Positions 29,995-40,969 of a stretch of 64,000 bases of DNA are shown piece by piece. Below the pieces are notes generated by a model that was given only the letters and a program-made list of their open reading frames with translations, had not been told where the DNA came from and did not search any database. The stretch's first letter is position 1. Each line of letters opens with the position of its first letter. This DNA comes from Leptospiraceae bacterium. Its GTDB lineage: Bacteria > Spirochaetota > Leptospiria > Leptospirales > Leptospiraceae. The translations under genes and the position numbers were made by a program. The stretch spans positions 1,413,442-1,477,441 of the forward strand of contig JACKPC010000001.1 of assembly GCA_024233835.1 (NCBI GenBank), given 5' to 3'.

Positions 29995-32900
29995 TTACTC
30001 TATGTTAAATTCTCCATTGGGAAACTCTCCAAACATTTCCGGAAAATACATGGCTTCAATTCTGGATGGTGGTAACATAAATTTTCCATCCTGATTGAGT
30101 CGGACTGTATACTCAATATTGTGGGTTCCTTCCGGGACATAGGTAAAATACTCTCTGTAAGCATCCATCCTTCTTTCTGTGAATGCAGAATATAAGCTCC
30201 AACTTTTATTATTATCCGAGCTTAAACTTTCTGAATCTCTACCCAGTCCCGAGCCCAGAATGGTTGAACCGGAAGGAATCGGATCGTTTAAGACTACCCA
30301 GGCTTTAGCTGAGTTTGCCTTGATTATAAGACGAATTTTCCACACATCTCCTTTGCTGTATTTTCCTTTGTTTTTTACCTCAACAGGAATGAGTTGCTTC
30401 GTAATGCTATAGCCCGCTGAAAAGGGTTTTTTCAATGCGATAGCTGCCCGGCTTTGAATATTTACCCAGGGCTTACCCTTTCCATCGTGTTTTATAGTAA
30501 GATTCATTTTTGATGAAGACCAGGGGAAATCATGTCTGGCTGCTGAGCGAACTTTTGACCAGGGCATTTTTTTATTTTTTCCGGCATAAGACGTTATACT
30601 GTAACCTGTTACTTTTTCCTTTTCAAATTTGGCTGCAAATTTTTCCAGTGCAAGAACTCCCCAGGCATTTGCAACAGTTAAATCCCAGGCTCCGCGTTTT
30701 TGTCGTGAAACGATTCCTCTTACAAGCCTTGGAATGTCTCGTTTCCATGTGTTCATTTCCAACAAGCTTAGAAGTAAGCGGGTTGCATTTACGTCGGAGG
30801 AAACCATAAGCCAGTATAGGTTATCTGTTTTTGCTGTACTGAAGCTCATTACGGTACCCTGCATATCCAGCCTTGCCCTGAGAATAGTTTCTACTTTATC
30901 CATTAGCATCGGTTTATGGGTAACCTGTAAGCGATTATAAATATTCCATAAGTCGATTAAAGCAGATGTCGGAAGTAGGTTGTGTATTACATCAAGAGGT
31001 TCCAGGTATTCTTTTTTTGCAAGGCCATAACGACTCAGGGCTTCAATGGCTGCTATTTTACGAATACTGAGATCCGGTGTGGATAAGACCGAATTTCTAT
31101 GGATAGAACCTGTTATAAAACCCTGCAAAGCATAGGTCATGCGACTGAAGACTTCAGGAGGAATCGGGTATGCTGCTTCTTTTGCAATAGAAAGTACGTA
31201 GGAGGTTAAAATCGGACTACCGAAAGAGAGGGATGGAAAGTATTTTATAAAACCTTCCGAATCAAGATAAGCCGGTGCTTTAGCCATGATTCTTTCCCAA
31301 TGGTCTTTTGAACGAAGACTTATCGCTTTGGAAACTTCCTGTTCAAAACAGGAGTAGGGGTAGTCTCTCATGTATTCTTTTACACCTGATAGACTGCGGA
31401 GTAAAGAGCGCGAGTAAATAATTCGAAGACCACCTTTTCCTTCTTCAGCTCCTTCCGGTTTTTCTACCGGAAGGTTATAAGTGTTTTCTAATTGTACGAT
31501 GCTTGCCTGTCTGACAGTGGGTTTTAAATAAGGTAATATTTTTTGTGATACCCGAATTGTGTCTGTTTTTCCATTTTCACTTTTGGCTGTTACTAAGTAA
31601 CTAGCTTTTTCTTTTCCCCTTGGAATTTTTATCTTCCAGGAGAATTCTTTCGCTTCCCCGGCTTGCAGAGAAAATTTATCCTGTTGTAAACCTTTAAATG
31701 CATCCTGAAGCTGGATACTTATATTTCCGCTTAAAGGTTCCTTACCGGCATTCCGCAGGGTAAAGGTTGCTGGAAAAATGTCTCCTTCTCGAATAATGGG
31801 CGGAATACCGGAGAATAACATGAGGTCTCTGGTACTACGAATCTTCGTATGCCCCTTACCGTATAATGAAGAACCTCCGATAGCCATGACGACTACTCGA
31901 AATGAGGTAAGAGAATCATTGGTGATGAAGCTAAATTCAGCTTCACCTGATGGATTTGGTTTAATACCGGTTTTCCAGTAAAGAAGAGTATCGAATAATT
32001 CCCTGGTATTTTGGGTACCTCCTCCACCTCCCTGCTTAATAGCTTTTAGTCCGAAGTGTCGTCTACCTACAACCTGCATTTGGGCAGTTGAGGTTTGCAC
32101 TGTATTACCTCTGGTTCCCATCATTTTTTCTAATACGTTCCATGATGTGTTATTCTTTAATTCTAATAATCCTTCATCCACTACAGCCACAATGAGTTCC
32201 GTATTTTTCGGAAGTTTTGATTGTATTAAAGGAGATACTTTTACTCGAATATTTGCTTTTTCTCTTACCCCGTAAACTTCTTTATCAGGTTCTACTTTCA
32301 CCTCTAATTCATGTGGCTTCCAACCAACTTTTATTTCAGCAATTCCTAATTTATAGGATGGTTTTCCCAGGTCAATAAGAGCTGTAGGACGTATGCCTCC
32401 TACACGACCCCTGACTGCCATAGCCGAAACAAAAACATTTGGCGAATAGTTGTTTTTTATAGGAATACGAATGCTCGGATTACGTCCTTTCACATTTTGT
32501 ATGTAAGAGTCAAGGATCCCCTCTCTTTCCACGGTAACCAGTACCCTCGCTTCTGAAAAGGGGATTCTAAACTGAAATTCAGCTTCTTCACCAGTTTCAT
32601 ATTTTTTTCTTACAGGAATTAAATCAGCCCTGTCATGGTCGCTGCCCGCATACCAGGAATTAGGAGATTCTATCCAAATCTCTGTATTTGAACGTGCTTC
32701 TTTTCCTGAGCTTGAAATAGTATTTGCGGAAAAGAGAATATTCCCTTCTTCCGTTGTTTTACCTTCACAGATAAGCATTCCTTTTTCATCTGTCTGACCG
32801 GAGCAAAACTCTCCTAATTTTTTTATTTCCCTATAGCTTTCATAGGAATAGAAACCACCTACGAGTCTTTTTCTGTGTGAGAAATACTTCCGGGAATACA

Positions 32901-35562
32901 TATCCACATTAACTTTCTGTCCGCGAACCGGCTTACCCCTTAGATCTAAAACCAGGGAAATAATTTTCAACTTATCTTTGGAAGCAATCCAACTATCCTG
33001 TTTAATCCCAATAACGTATTCTGTTGGATAAACCGGTATTCTTTTACTTACGGTTTGGATTTCTCCATTTGGATCTGCAAATTCTAACTCGGTCAAAACG
33101 TTATAGGGTGTATCTTTTGTGGGCAAACCACTGATTGTAATAGTTTTTCCACCGGTCTCATCAAGTTTGATTTGTTGAATCTTCTCAATTTTTAATTCAT
33201 CTTCATTTTCAGCTCTATCTGTACGGAATCTTCCCGGGATAATTTTTTCTGAATCAAAGGAGAAATCTGCATAATCAGGAAAGCTTGTATAATAATCATC
33301 TTTAACAAAATACTTAAATTTTACAGGAAGATTTCCGGCTCCTCCACCTGAAAGGTAAGAAATGCTCAGGTTCACAGGAAAATTTGTTTTTGAAACTATT
33401 TTTTCCGTTGGAACCTTTACATCAGCCTTCATTAGGGGAATTCTAAACTCCTCTACTCTAAAGCTTTCTGTACTATATTTCCTTTCATAAGAGTTATTTT
33501 TATCCTTAGGATACATAAGATAGATTTGGTATTCACCCAATTTTGCATCTTTAGGAATTTTCCAACTGGCATCAGCCGTTCTATTTGTCTCCCATTTTAA
33601 AGAAAAGCGAAATTTTTGACCGGAACCTATATGTTCGATTTCCATTAATTCCGGTACTGTATCAAGTTTCGGATAACGCATTCCTTTTCCGGTGTGTAAA
33701 CGAACCAGATTCTTTATATGAAGTTCTTCTCCGGCTCGTAATAAGCTTCGATCCAGGATTGAATGATATATTTCCTTGTTATCTATTTCTCCGGAAGAGA
33801 GGTTGAACCTCCAGTTTTCAATTCCATCTTCCCAGGAAGAATGAACAAATGAGAAATCGTTTCCTTTGCTTGCTGAAACTAAAAGGCCATTCGCATAGTT
33901 TTTATAAGAACAGTATTTCGGTTCTTTAATATTCTTTGAAGAAAATATAGCAATTCCTTCTTCATTTGTTCGGGCCTGTATCAAAACCTTATTTTCACAG
34001 TTTCGCACTTCAACTGTAGCTCCTGCAATGCCTTCACCTTTATCAAGACTTGTGACCCAAACGAGGCTATTCTCAGTACCTTTTTTTAAATGGACCGCCA
34101 TATTGGTCACGAGAGCGGAAGTTGCAACATAAGCACTTTTACCGGTTTTATTTACATGCACACCCAGAGCCGGACTGGTAAGTTCAAGTACATAAAAGCC
34201 GGGCTTTTTAAGAGGTATTCCCACTACTTCAAAAGCATTAATACCGTTCTTTCGTGGTAAGAGAAACTTCTTGCCCTGCTTTATATCTTTAAACACGGAG
34301 CGGCTTATCTTTGAGGAATATAATTTTTGAAGCCAGAAAACTATATTCTCCGGTTTCACTCCTACCTTTTTTCCTTCTAAAGGTCCAAAACTTTTAGAAT
34401 TCAGGGGGTTTAGCTGTAGGAGTCTGAGTTTTACTTTTTCTTCAATGTTTCGAACCGTAACGGGAAGTACGGGATTTGCATTCAGTTCAAGTATACCGAA
34501 TTTTGCAGAAAATTTGGCTAAAGGGGGAAAGGAGGAAATTTTCACAGACCTGGGAAAGTCTGAAGAGTTCTTTAAAATTCTACCCGCATCATCTTTAATA
34601 GAAGCCGGAATACTTAAGGTAAAATTGGTTTCCTCCGGAAAAGGGCCTGAAAAATTGATCTCTGTTACAGATGTAGGTTTTTCGGCTTTTAAGTCAAGAT
34701 CGGATTTCCAGATTTTAGAACCGGTTTGAAATTTTATTTTTAAGGCATCTTCTATAGATATAGGAGATGAGAATGATAGAGTAATCGGTAGGAGTGGAAT
34801 ACAATCACCTTTTTTAGATGCATAAGAACAATGTATGCTTGCTGTAAAATCATCCCTTGTTTTGTAATTTAAAACTTGCCTTGAAGTAGACGAAACTCCC
34901 GAAACGGATCGAATACCTGATTGCCAGATAAGGCTTACTTTTTTTCCGCTGGGAAAGGTCCTGTTAGCTTTGACGATAACTAAATTTTCCGGTATATTTT
35001 TACCATAATTAGCTTTAATGATTTCAGGTATATCTTCAGGAGAAAGGATTTGGGTATCTATAGGACTTGCAATACCTTCTACTATAAAATTAATATGATT
35101 TTCAAGAGAAGGCATATCTACAGGACCATCTACTTGTAATAAGAAGATTTGATCTTCGGAAACATCAGAGCCAATGTAGGGAGATGTATATAAAACCTGC
35201 GGTCCTCCTGTGGAAAACGAATATTTCTTTCCTCCGCGAATGGTATGACCGGAAGCTGTAGGAAAATCTTTTAAGGTAAAAGTGCATTCGTGTCCAGAGC
35301 CAAGTTTGCTTTCAAATTCGTAAAGGTAAGTTCTTTCATCTGCCCAGCGTGCTTTACCTTTTGCAGAACAGGAAATTTGAAAAATATCAGTATTTGCGGA
35401 TGGATCTCCAAAAGCAACAACCGGTTCTGAAAAAATAACTTTGACCTGCTGAATATCTTTTACTTCCCCTGTTGGAGAAAACAGGCTGAGGCCCGGAGCT
35501 GAGTATATGGAAAATGGAAGCAAAGCAAATAAAAAAAGTAAAACTCTTAAGTGAAATTTCAT
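29995..35562 (-). CDS. Bacterial alpha-2-macroglobulin family protein (thioester-containing protease inhibitor, YfhM/ECAM-like)
   Basis: 1855 aa. Signal peptide. CxEQ thioester motif (YPYSCFEQEV). Size and domain organisation typical of bacterial A2M. Confidence 0.85.
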   Translation of the reverse strand: MKFHLRVLLFLFALLPFSIYSAPGLSLFSPTGEVKDIQQVKVIFSEPVVAFGDPSANTDIFQISCSAKGKARWADERTYLYEFESKLGSGHECTFTLKDFPTASGHTIRGGKKYSFSTGGPQVLYTSPYIGSDVSEDQIFLLQVDGPVDMPSLENHINFIVEGIASPIDTQILSPEDIPEIIKANYGKNIPENLVIVKANRTFPSGKKVSLIWQSGIRSVSGVSSTSRQVLNYKTRDDFTASIHCSYASKKGDCIPLLPITLSFSSPISIEDALKIKFQTGSKIWKSDLDLKAEKPTSVTEINFSGPFPEETNFTLSIPASIKDDAGRILKNSSDFPRSVKISSFPPLAKFSAKFGILELNANPVLPVTVRNIEEKVKLRLLQLNPLNSKSFGPLEGKKVGVKPENIVFWLQKLYSSKISRSVFKDIKQGKKFLLPRKNGINAFEVVGIPLKKPGFYVLELTSPALGVHVNKTGKSAYVATSALVTNMAVHLKKGTENSLVWVTSLDKGEGIAGATVEVRNCENKVLIQARTNEEGIAIFSSKNIKEPKYCSYKNYANGLLVSASKGNDFSFVHSSWEDGIENWRFNLSSGEIDNKEIYHSILDRSLLRAGEELHIKNLVRLHTGKGMRYPKLDTVPELMEIEHIGSGQKFRFSLKWETNRTADASWKIPKDAKLGEYQIYLMYPKDKNNSYERKYSTESFRVEEFRIPLMKADVKVPTEKIVSKTNFPVNLSISYLSGGGAGNLPVKFKYFVKDDYYTSFPDYADFSFDSEKIIPGRFRTDRAENEDELKIEKIQQIKLDETGGKTITISGLPTKDTPYNVLTELEFADPNGEIQTVSKRIPVYPTEYVIGIKQDSWIASKDKLKIISLVLDLRGKPVRGQKVNVDMYSRKYFSHRKRLVGGFYSYESYREIKKLGEFCSGQTDEKGMLICEGKTTEEGNILFSANTISSSGKEARSNTEIWIESPNSWYAGSDHDRADLIPVRKKYETGEEAEFQFRIPFSEARVLVTVEREGILDSYIQNVKGRNPSIRIPIKNNYSPNVFVSAMAVRGRVGGIRPTALIDLGKPSYKLGIAEIKVGWKPHELEVKVEPDKEVYGVREKANIRVKVSPLIQSKLPKNTELIVAVVDEGLLELKNNTSWNVLEKMMGTRGNTVQTSTAQMQVVGRRHFGLKAIKQGGGGGTQNTRELFDTLLYWKTGIKPNPSGEAEFSFITNDSLTSFRVVVMAIGGSSLYGKGHTKIRSTRDLMLFSGIPPIIREGDIFPATFTLRNAGKEPLSGNISIQLQDAFKGLQQDKFSLQAGEAKEFSWKIKIPRGKEKASYLVTAKSENGKTDTIRVSQKILPYLKPTVRQASIVQLENTYNLPVEKPEGAEEGKGGLRIIYSRSLLRSLSGVKEYMRDYPYSCFEQEVSKAISLRSKDHWERIMAKAPAYLDSEGFIKYFPSLSFGSPILTSYVLSIAKEAAYPIPPEVFSRMTYALQGFITGSIHRNSVLSTPDLSIRKIAAIEALSRYGLAKKEYLEPLDVIHNLLPTSALIDLWNIYNRLQVTHKPMLMDKVETILRARLDMQGTVMSFSTAKTDNLYWLMVSSDVNATRLLLSLLEMNTWKRDIPRLVRGIVSRQKRGAWDLTVANAWGVLALEKFAAKFEKEKVTGYSITSYAGKNKKMPWSKVRSAARHDFPWSSSKMNLTIKHDGKGKPWVNIQSRAAIALKKPFSAGYSITKQLIPVEVKNKGKYSKGDVWKIRLIIKANSAKAWVVLNDPIPSGSTILGSGLGRDSESLSSDNNKSWSLYSAFTERRMDAYREYFTYVPEGTHNIEYTVRLNQDGKFMLPPSRIEAMYFPEMFGEFPNGEFNIE

Positions 35563-35960
35563 AAATCCCCCGTAATAATAAGCTCAAGTTAATTGTTTAT
35601 ACTTGGTTTTGTAAATCAGAATTTTAAAGAAACGAATTGAATTCTTATAGACAGGAAACTTAAGCTCTATAGTATATTTTCATGGAGAGAAAACCCGGGA
35701 TTCTGAAAGTTTTTCTTACAGCGTGTCTTAAAATAGACTTATCTATAAAAGAGAAGCAAGCTGTAAGAGCCTGCTGCTTCATTTTCAGACAGGCTCTTAT
35801 ACTATCCCTTATACTCAATATTTTTTTAGTTTTATACCAGAGTTCTAGTTTTCGAATTCGTCTCAGGTTCGTAGCTTATTATCTACTGGGATTTGAACCA
35901 CCCGGGAAAATACCCTCTTTTCAGAACGATCTCCTTTTAAGCTCTTTTGAGCCGGTGTCT

Positions 35961-36944
35961 ATGCTCGATAACCGGGATAAAAGATTGAATAAACTGGCTA
36001 AATATCCTGTATTCGAGGCACACGGGCATCTGGGTAAATTTTTCAAAACTGAGCCTGAAAAGTTTTTCAAGCAATTGGATGAACTCAATATACAGGGCTT
36101 TGCTAATTTGAATTTTCAAACAGGAGAGGAGTTCTTAAACTTACAAAATGAATATAAGGATAATAGAATGTTCTTTTTTGCTGGTTTTAACTGGGAACAT
36201 TTAAAAAAGAAAGAGAAAAATTATGTTTCTCTTATGCTCTCTGACCTGAGGGCAGATATAAAAAATGGAGCTAAGGGGATTAAGCTCTGGAAAAATTTTG
36301 GTCTTAATTTAAAAGATCTCAATGGAAATCGCTTGCATATCGATGAACCATCCTTAAAGCCTTTATTTGAGGAATGTGAAAAAGAAAAACTGATTGTAGC
36401 CATTCATACGGTAGATCCTCCCAGTTTTTTCCTGCCTATAGATGAAACAAACGAACGTTATCCGGAATTGATACGAAGGCCTGAGTGGTCCTTTACCGGG
36501 ACTGATTTCCCTTCAAGAGAAACTGTAATTCAGGAAAGAAATGCCTTATTTAAAAGGCATCCCGGCTTACGATTTATTGCCGTACACATGGCTGCATCCG
36601 GGCACAATTTGGAAGAAGTTTCTTTCTTACTGGATAATTTTCCCAATGTATATGTGGATATAGCGGCAAGAATTGATGAACTCGGAAGGCAACCCTATAC
36701 GAGCCGGAGATTCTTTACAAAGTATCAGGACAGGATTCTTTTTGGAACAGATGGTCCTCCGGATAGAAAGAAGTTGGAAATTTATACTCGATTTCTGGAA
36801 ACAAAGGATGAATATTTTGACTATTTTCCGTCACATAAACCCAGAAAAGGATTTTGGAAGATACACGGAATCGGTCTTGAAGAGGAAGTATTAAAAAAAC
36901 TTTATTATGAAAATGCAATGAATCTTTTTAAGCTAAGAAATTGA
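35961..36944 (+). CDS. Amidohydrolase-2 family (TIM-barrel metal-dependent hydrolase) protein
   Basis: The ORF opens at 35682 but the first about 90 codons are not protein-like. Met at 35961 places the HGH (HxH) metal motif about 20 aa from the N-terminus as in Amidohydro_2. Further ligands are HTVDP, HMAAS and FGTDGP. Confidence 0.6.
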   Translation: MLDNRDKRLNKLAKYPVFEAHGHLGKFFKTEPEKFFKQLDELNIQGFANLNFQTGEEFLNLQNEYKDNRMFFFAGFNWEHLKKKEKNYVSLMLSDLRADIKNGAKGIKLWKNFGLNLKDLNGNRLHIDEPSLKPLFEECEKEKLIVAIHTVDPPSFFLPIDETNERYPELIRRPEWSFTGTDFPSRETVIQERNALFKRHPGLRFIAVHMAASGHNLEEVSFLLDNFPNVYVDIAARIDELGRQPYTSRRFFTKYQDRILFGTDGPPDRKKLEIYTRFLETKDEYFDYFPSHKPRKGFWKIHGIGLEEEVLKKLYYENAMNLFKLRN

Positions 36945-38653
36945 GGGAAAACATGTTTTTTAAAAAAGAGAGTGATAGAGATATTTACAGTCTGGAATTC
37001 GTGAGGACGAAAGCGGATTTTTTAGATTTTACAGAAAAGGATTTAAAGTTACTAAATGAACTAAAGCCCTTTGTAGATATGAGAAAGGAAGAGATAGTTA
37101 AGAACTTTTATACTAAAATTTTAAAAACTGAAAAAGCTAAGAGAATTATCGAAAAAAATTCATCTATTGCTAAATTAGAATTTACTTTTGTACAATACTT
37201 AAATTCTATTCATAGAAAAACTTTAGATAAAGAATATATACAATATATTTCCAGAATTGCCAGAAAGCACTATGAAATTAATCTTCCCATAGATTTCTAT
37301 TTAGGTTCTTATGAAGTATTAAGAGAGAGTTTATTAAAGTATCTTTATAAATACGTCAAATCCGGAAACAAGTTTATACTCTATATGAATGCCTTAAATA
37401 AACGTTTTTCTCTGGATATGCAACTGGTAGTAGAATACTATTATGATATATTTTTCGGACTTAACCTGGAAAAAGCATCAGAGATATTAGAATATGTGAC
37501 CGGTCTGGATACCATACAGGATCTGGTTCATTTTTCAGATGAGCAGGATCAAAAGATTCATAGTATCCATTTCTCTATTGAGACTCTTAATTCTGGTATC
37601 CGGGATATTAATAGTCATGCAGAAATTATTACTGCAAAAGCAGAGGAGAGTGAAACAGTTATTTATAAAAGTGAAAAAGAAGTGAATAAGTCTATACGGG
37701 AATTTCAGAACTCAACGGAATTAATCGAAGAGAATATAAAAGCATTCCAGACCTTTAACATTAAGCTACAAAATATTTCTAAACTCGTAAAACTTATTAC
37801 TTCGATTTCCAAGAGGACAAATTTATTAGCTTTAAATGCCAGTATAGAAGCGGAAAGAGCCGGAGATTACGGGAAAGGTTTTTCTGTGGTTGCTGAAGAA
37901 ATTCAGAAGATGGCAGAGCAAATTCAAAATTCAGTACAGAAAATGTACAATGAAATTAATGAGCTTCTTGAAGAGTCCGATGAAATTACCAAACAGGGGA
38001 GTATTTCTTTAAAATCACTTCAGGAAAATCGAAATTCAGTATCTAATTCCAGCAAAGCAGTTCATGGAGTTTTGGACATCACGCGATCTATGCTAAATGC
38101 AAACGAGGGGATTTCGAAAACATTAACCCAGCAATTAGAATTGTCCAGGAAAGTTACGAATGACGCTTCCGAGATAAATACATTGGCAGATACTCTGAAA
38201 AAAGTCTCAAAAGATACAGGGGCTTCTATTTATAGATTGAGTTGTTTGTTGGATGAATTTCGTTTATCCATTCTTCCTCAAAATACAAATATTCGGTTTC
38301 AGAGATATTTACAGCTTGCCAAAATGGATCATTTACTTTGGAAGTGGAAAATATATAATTATATGATGGGTTTTGAAATATTAGATCCGAATAATATAGC
38401 AGATAGTAATACCTGTCGACTGGGTGTCTGGTATAATAAATTGCAGATAAATAAAACTACAGATACTGCAAGAGAATTTGAGAAACATCATAAAGATTTA
38501 CACGCAGTTGCAAAAGCAGCTGTTTTAAGCATTAAGAATTCAGATATAGACCTGGCAAAAAGGCAAATGAAAGAACTGGAGACTATTTCTAAAGAACTTT
38601 TAATTCTTTTAGAACGAATGAATAATGTATTAGAAAATGAGAACATAATTTAA
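36941..38653 (+). CDS. Soluble globin-coupled methyl-accepting chemotaxis protein (HemAT-like) with additional C-terminal CZB zinc-binding domain
   Basis: N-terminus aligns with the HemAT sensor globin ([20 protein letters not shown]...; [29 protein letters not shown] versus HemAT [24 protein letters not shown], proximal His retained). MCP signature [36 protein letters not shown]-terminal CZB pattern H..W...(n)...CRLGVWY...HH..H. No TM. 4-bp overlap with the upstream amidohydrolase. Confidence 0.8.
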   Translation: MRENMFFKKESDRDIYSLEFVRTKADFLDFTEKDLKLLNELKPFVDMRKEEIVKNFYTKILKTEKAKRIIEKNSSIAKLEFTFVQYLNSIHRKTLDKEYIQYISRIARKHYEINLPIDFYLGSYEVLRESLLKYLYKYVKSGNKFILYMNALNKRFSLDMQLVVEYYYDIFFGLNLEKASEILEYVTGLDTIQDLVHFSDEQDQKIHSIHFSIETLNSGIRDINSHAEIITAKAEESETVIYKSEKEVNKSIREFQNSTELIEENIKAFQTFNIKLQNISKLVKLITSISKRTNLLALNASIEAERAGDYGKGFSVVAEEIQKMAEQIQNSVQKMYNEINELLEESDEITKQGSISLKSLQENRNSVSNSSKAVHGVLDITRSMLNANEGISKTLTQQLELSRKVTNDASEINTLADTLKKVSKDTGASIYRLSCLLDEFRLSILPQNTNIRFQRYLQLAKMDHLLWKWKIYNYMMGFEILDPNNIADSNTCRLGVWYNKLQINKTTDTAREFEKHHKDLHAVAKAAVLSIKNSDIDLAKRQMKELETISKELLILLERMNNVLENENII

Positions 38654-38771
38654 ACATTAGACATATATAAATTAACAGAAAGCGTTTGCTCACCTGCTCT
38701 TTCGAAAGACAATGAGAATTGCAGGCGACACTCCGAAGGCTCGTCTTCCCGGAGAGCTTAAAAAATCTCGC

Positions 38772-39050
38772 TTACATCAAGGGAGAAACCTTCAATGGCT
38801 TTGGATTGAACCTTCCCTGTTTTTCCGATGCTGCCATAAAAGTAAGTTCTCCCTCTATCAGTTGGAAGGGTGCACCTTCCGGCAGGCTCAAATAATCCTC
38901 GAAGTTATAGTTATTTCCTTCCAGTATCTCGGCCATGAGGAATTGCTGTGAAGCCTCATCAAAAAAGATGAGCTTTCCCTCGAAGAAAGCCCAGTTTCTT
39001 CCACCCAAAAGTTCTTCGGGGTCAAATGGCCTGAGTAACTTATCTGACAT
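38772..39050 (-). CDS. Small hypothetical protein (92 aa)
   Basis: ORF between convergent MCP and ankyrin genes. No motif. Could be spurious. Confidence 0.25.
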   Translation of the reverse strand: MSDKLLRPFDPEELLGGRNWAFFEGKLIFFDEASQQFLMAEILEGNNYNFEDYLSLPEGAPFQLIEGELTFMAASEKQGRFNPKPLKVSPLM

Positions 39051-39122
39051 AGAAACAAAGTTTAAGTATTTGCAAAGTTTTGTTAAGCAATTAGAACTCC
39101 TGCTTTCCTTTTAGGCGAGAGC

Positions 39123-40895
39123 TTATTGAAAGTATTTGTAAAGATCCGAATACTTATATTTTTTAGCCAGACTGTAGGCGTCCTTACTTTTAGAACTGTG
39201 AACATCTATTTTTAAGTCTACCAGTTCTTTTACTGCTTCCGGGTTATTATCTTCGACTGCATACCAGAGTGCATTCTTACCCTCTTTATCTATACTATTA
39301 ATATCTCCTCCATTCTGAGCCAGAACTGTAACTGCCTTCCAATGTTTTTGTTTAAACGCCAGGATAATGGGAGTTTCATTTTCAGGCTCTTTTTTATGAA
39401 GATCGATCCCTTGAGAAATTAAATAACGAAGTAAATCTGCATTCCCATGATGGGCGGCATGGTGAATCATTTCCCATCCCGAATCGTCTTTGTATGTTGC
39501 ATCTGCTTTATTCTGAATCAGTAATTTAACTATTTCCGGACCGTATTCTGTATAACTATTCAATGCCAGAAATATAGCTGTTTGTCCCCATTTTGTTCGA
39601 GCATTAATATCAACTTTTTTTGAAATCAAAAATTGAATAAATTTTGCAGTTCCATACTCAGCTCCATAATGAATCAAACCTGAATCTTTTTCATCGATTA
39701 CATTTAGGTCGGATAAATCTTTCAGGTAATCTACCACATTGCTTTTTTGTGCATATAGAGCAAGCATTAAGGGTGTAGAACCATTTGCTGCTTTTGCATT
39801 AACATCAGCTTTTTTCTGAATAATTTTTTTTACTATATCAAGATAGCCAAATTGTGCACTTAGATGTAAGAGGCTTTGTCCATCAGCATTTTTGTAATTG
39901 ATGTTTGCAGTATTATCGAGAAGAAATGCGGCAATTTTTCTTTTTTCTTCATCCTCGTTTTGCAGGGCCAGGGAAAGGGGAGTTTCCTTACTTTTGGTTA
40001 CGGAATTTATATCTACCTTGTTTTTTGCAAAATAAGATACCATAGCCAGATCGCTATTTTGTACTGCATAGTGGAGTAAGCCAAATCCATCATCGTCTCT
40101 GTCTGATAAGTTAAATTTTTTCTCTAATAGTAGATGAACTATTTCCCCATCTGTATTTGCTTGAACCGCATATAGCAGGACACTCTGTCCTGTCTGGTTT
40201 TTAATTTTCTCGATATTGGGAATTCGAGTCAGTAAGTCTTTTACAACTTCTATCTTTCTGAGTCCGATAGCTTCAAATAAAAAGGCATAATCATTATAAC
40301 TTATTAGTTTCTCATCAAAGGAGAGGAAGGTTTTATAAGCCTCATAATTACTGGTATCACTTAAAGTTAGAGAAAAGGCCGTCTTGCCATTCGCATCCGG
40401 AGTAGAAATATCTACACCTTTTTCAAGGAGGAATTTAATTATATCTACGGCTCCTATTTTGGAAGCTTCCATAAGTAGGGTATTCCCTTCATAATCCTTG
40501 GAGTTGATGTCTCTTTTTGAGGGTAACAGAGCCTGTAGTTTTTTAAGATCATTATTTCTGATTAGTTTGAATAAATCCTGATTTTTGTTGAATTTGTATC
40601 TGTAATATAAAGTTTTTGTTCCGGAATAGGGAAGTAAGATTGTATCTAATATAAAACTAAAAGGGACATCAAATAGATAAAAGAAAGTGGGAGGGCCGTA
40701 ATAGTGGTAGGAGGGTGTTGGGGAAAAACCAATAGTTAAGCCTTCTCTGGCACCTTTATAGATTAAGGAATAATCATTAGGAGTTGGAGAATAATTCTGC
40801 AACACAATAACGCTCATACAACCATTCAAAAGAAAAGATAGTCCGAGAAGGATTAGAAGTATAAATTTGTTTTTCATTAACATACGAAATACCAT
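39123..40895 (-). CDS. Ankyrin-repeat lipoprotein (about 10 ANK repeats)
   Basis: Signal peptide with lipobox-like LLNGC. Repeated ANK consensus (G.T.L..A...G...iv..Ll..gadin..d..G.T.L). 590 aa. Confidence 0.85.
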   Translation of the reverse strand: MVFRMLMKNKFILLILLGLSFLLNGCMSVIVLQNYSPTPNDYSLIYKGAREGLTIGFSPTPSYHYYGPPTFFYLFDVPFSFILDTILLPYSGTKTLYYRYKFNKNQDLFKLIRNNDLKKLQALLPSKRDINSKDYEGNTLLMEASKIGAVDIIKFLLEKGVDISTPDANGKTAFSLTLSDTSNYEAYKTFLSFDEKLISYNDYAFLFEAIGLRKIEVVKDLLTRIPNIEKIKNQTGQSVLLYAVQANTDGEIVHLLLEKKFNLSDRDDDGFGLLHYAVQNSDLAMVSYFAKNKVDINSVTKSKETPLSLALQNEDEEKRKIAAFLLDNTANINYKNADGQSLLHLSAQFGYLDIVKKIIQKKADVNAKAANGSTPLMLALYAQKSNVVDYLKDLSDLNVIDEKDSGLIHYGAEYGTAKFIQFLISKKVDINARTKWGQTAIFLALNSYTEYGPEIVKLLIQNKADATYKDDSGWEMIHHAAHHGNADLLRYLISQGIDLHKKEPENETPIILAFKQKHWKAVTVLAQNGGDINSIDKEGKNALWYAVEDNNPEAVKELVDLKIDVHSSKSKDAYSLAKKYKYSDLYKYFQ

Positions 40896-40969
40896 TAGAA
40901 TTAAGCAGTATTAAAAATAGCAATGAATATTTAAGATTGCCGAATAAAGAATTATTCGTAACATAGTAA

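Noticed and set aside
35682-35960. ORF-track N-terminal extension of the amidohydrolase-2 gene
   Set aside because: The translated segment is not protein-like and would place the HxH motif about 110 aa from the N-terminus, atypical for the family. Met at 35961 is preferred, though a hydrophobic leader cannot be excluded.
38712-38951. 79-aa plus-strand ORF
   Set aside because: Overlaps the minus-strand 92-aa ORF. Cys/Trp-rich unusual composition. Neither is strongly supported, and the minus-strand one has slightly better composition.
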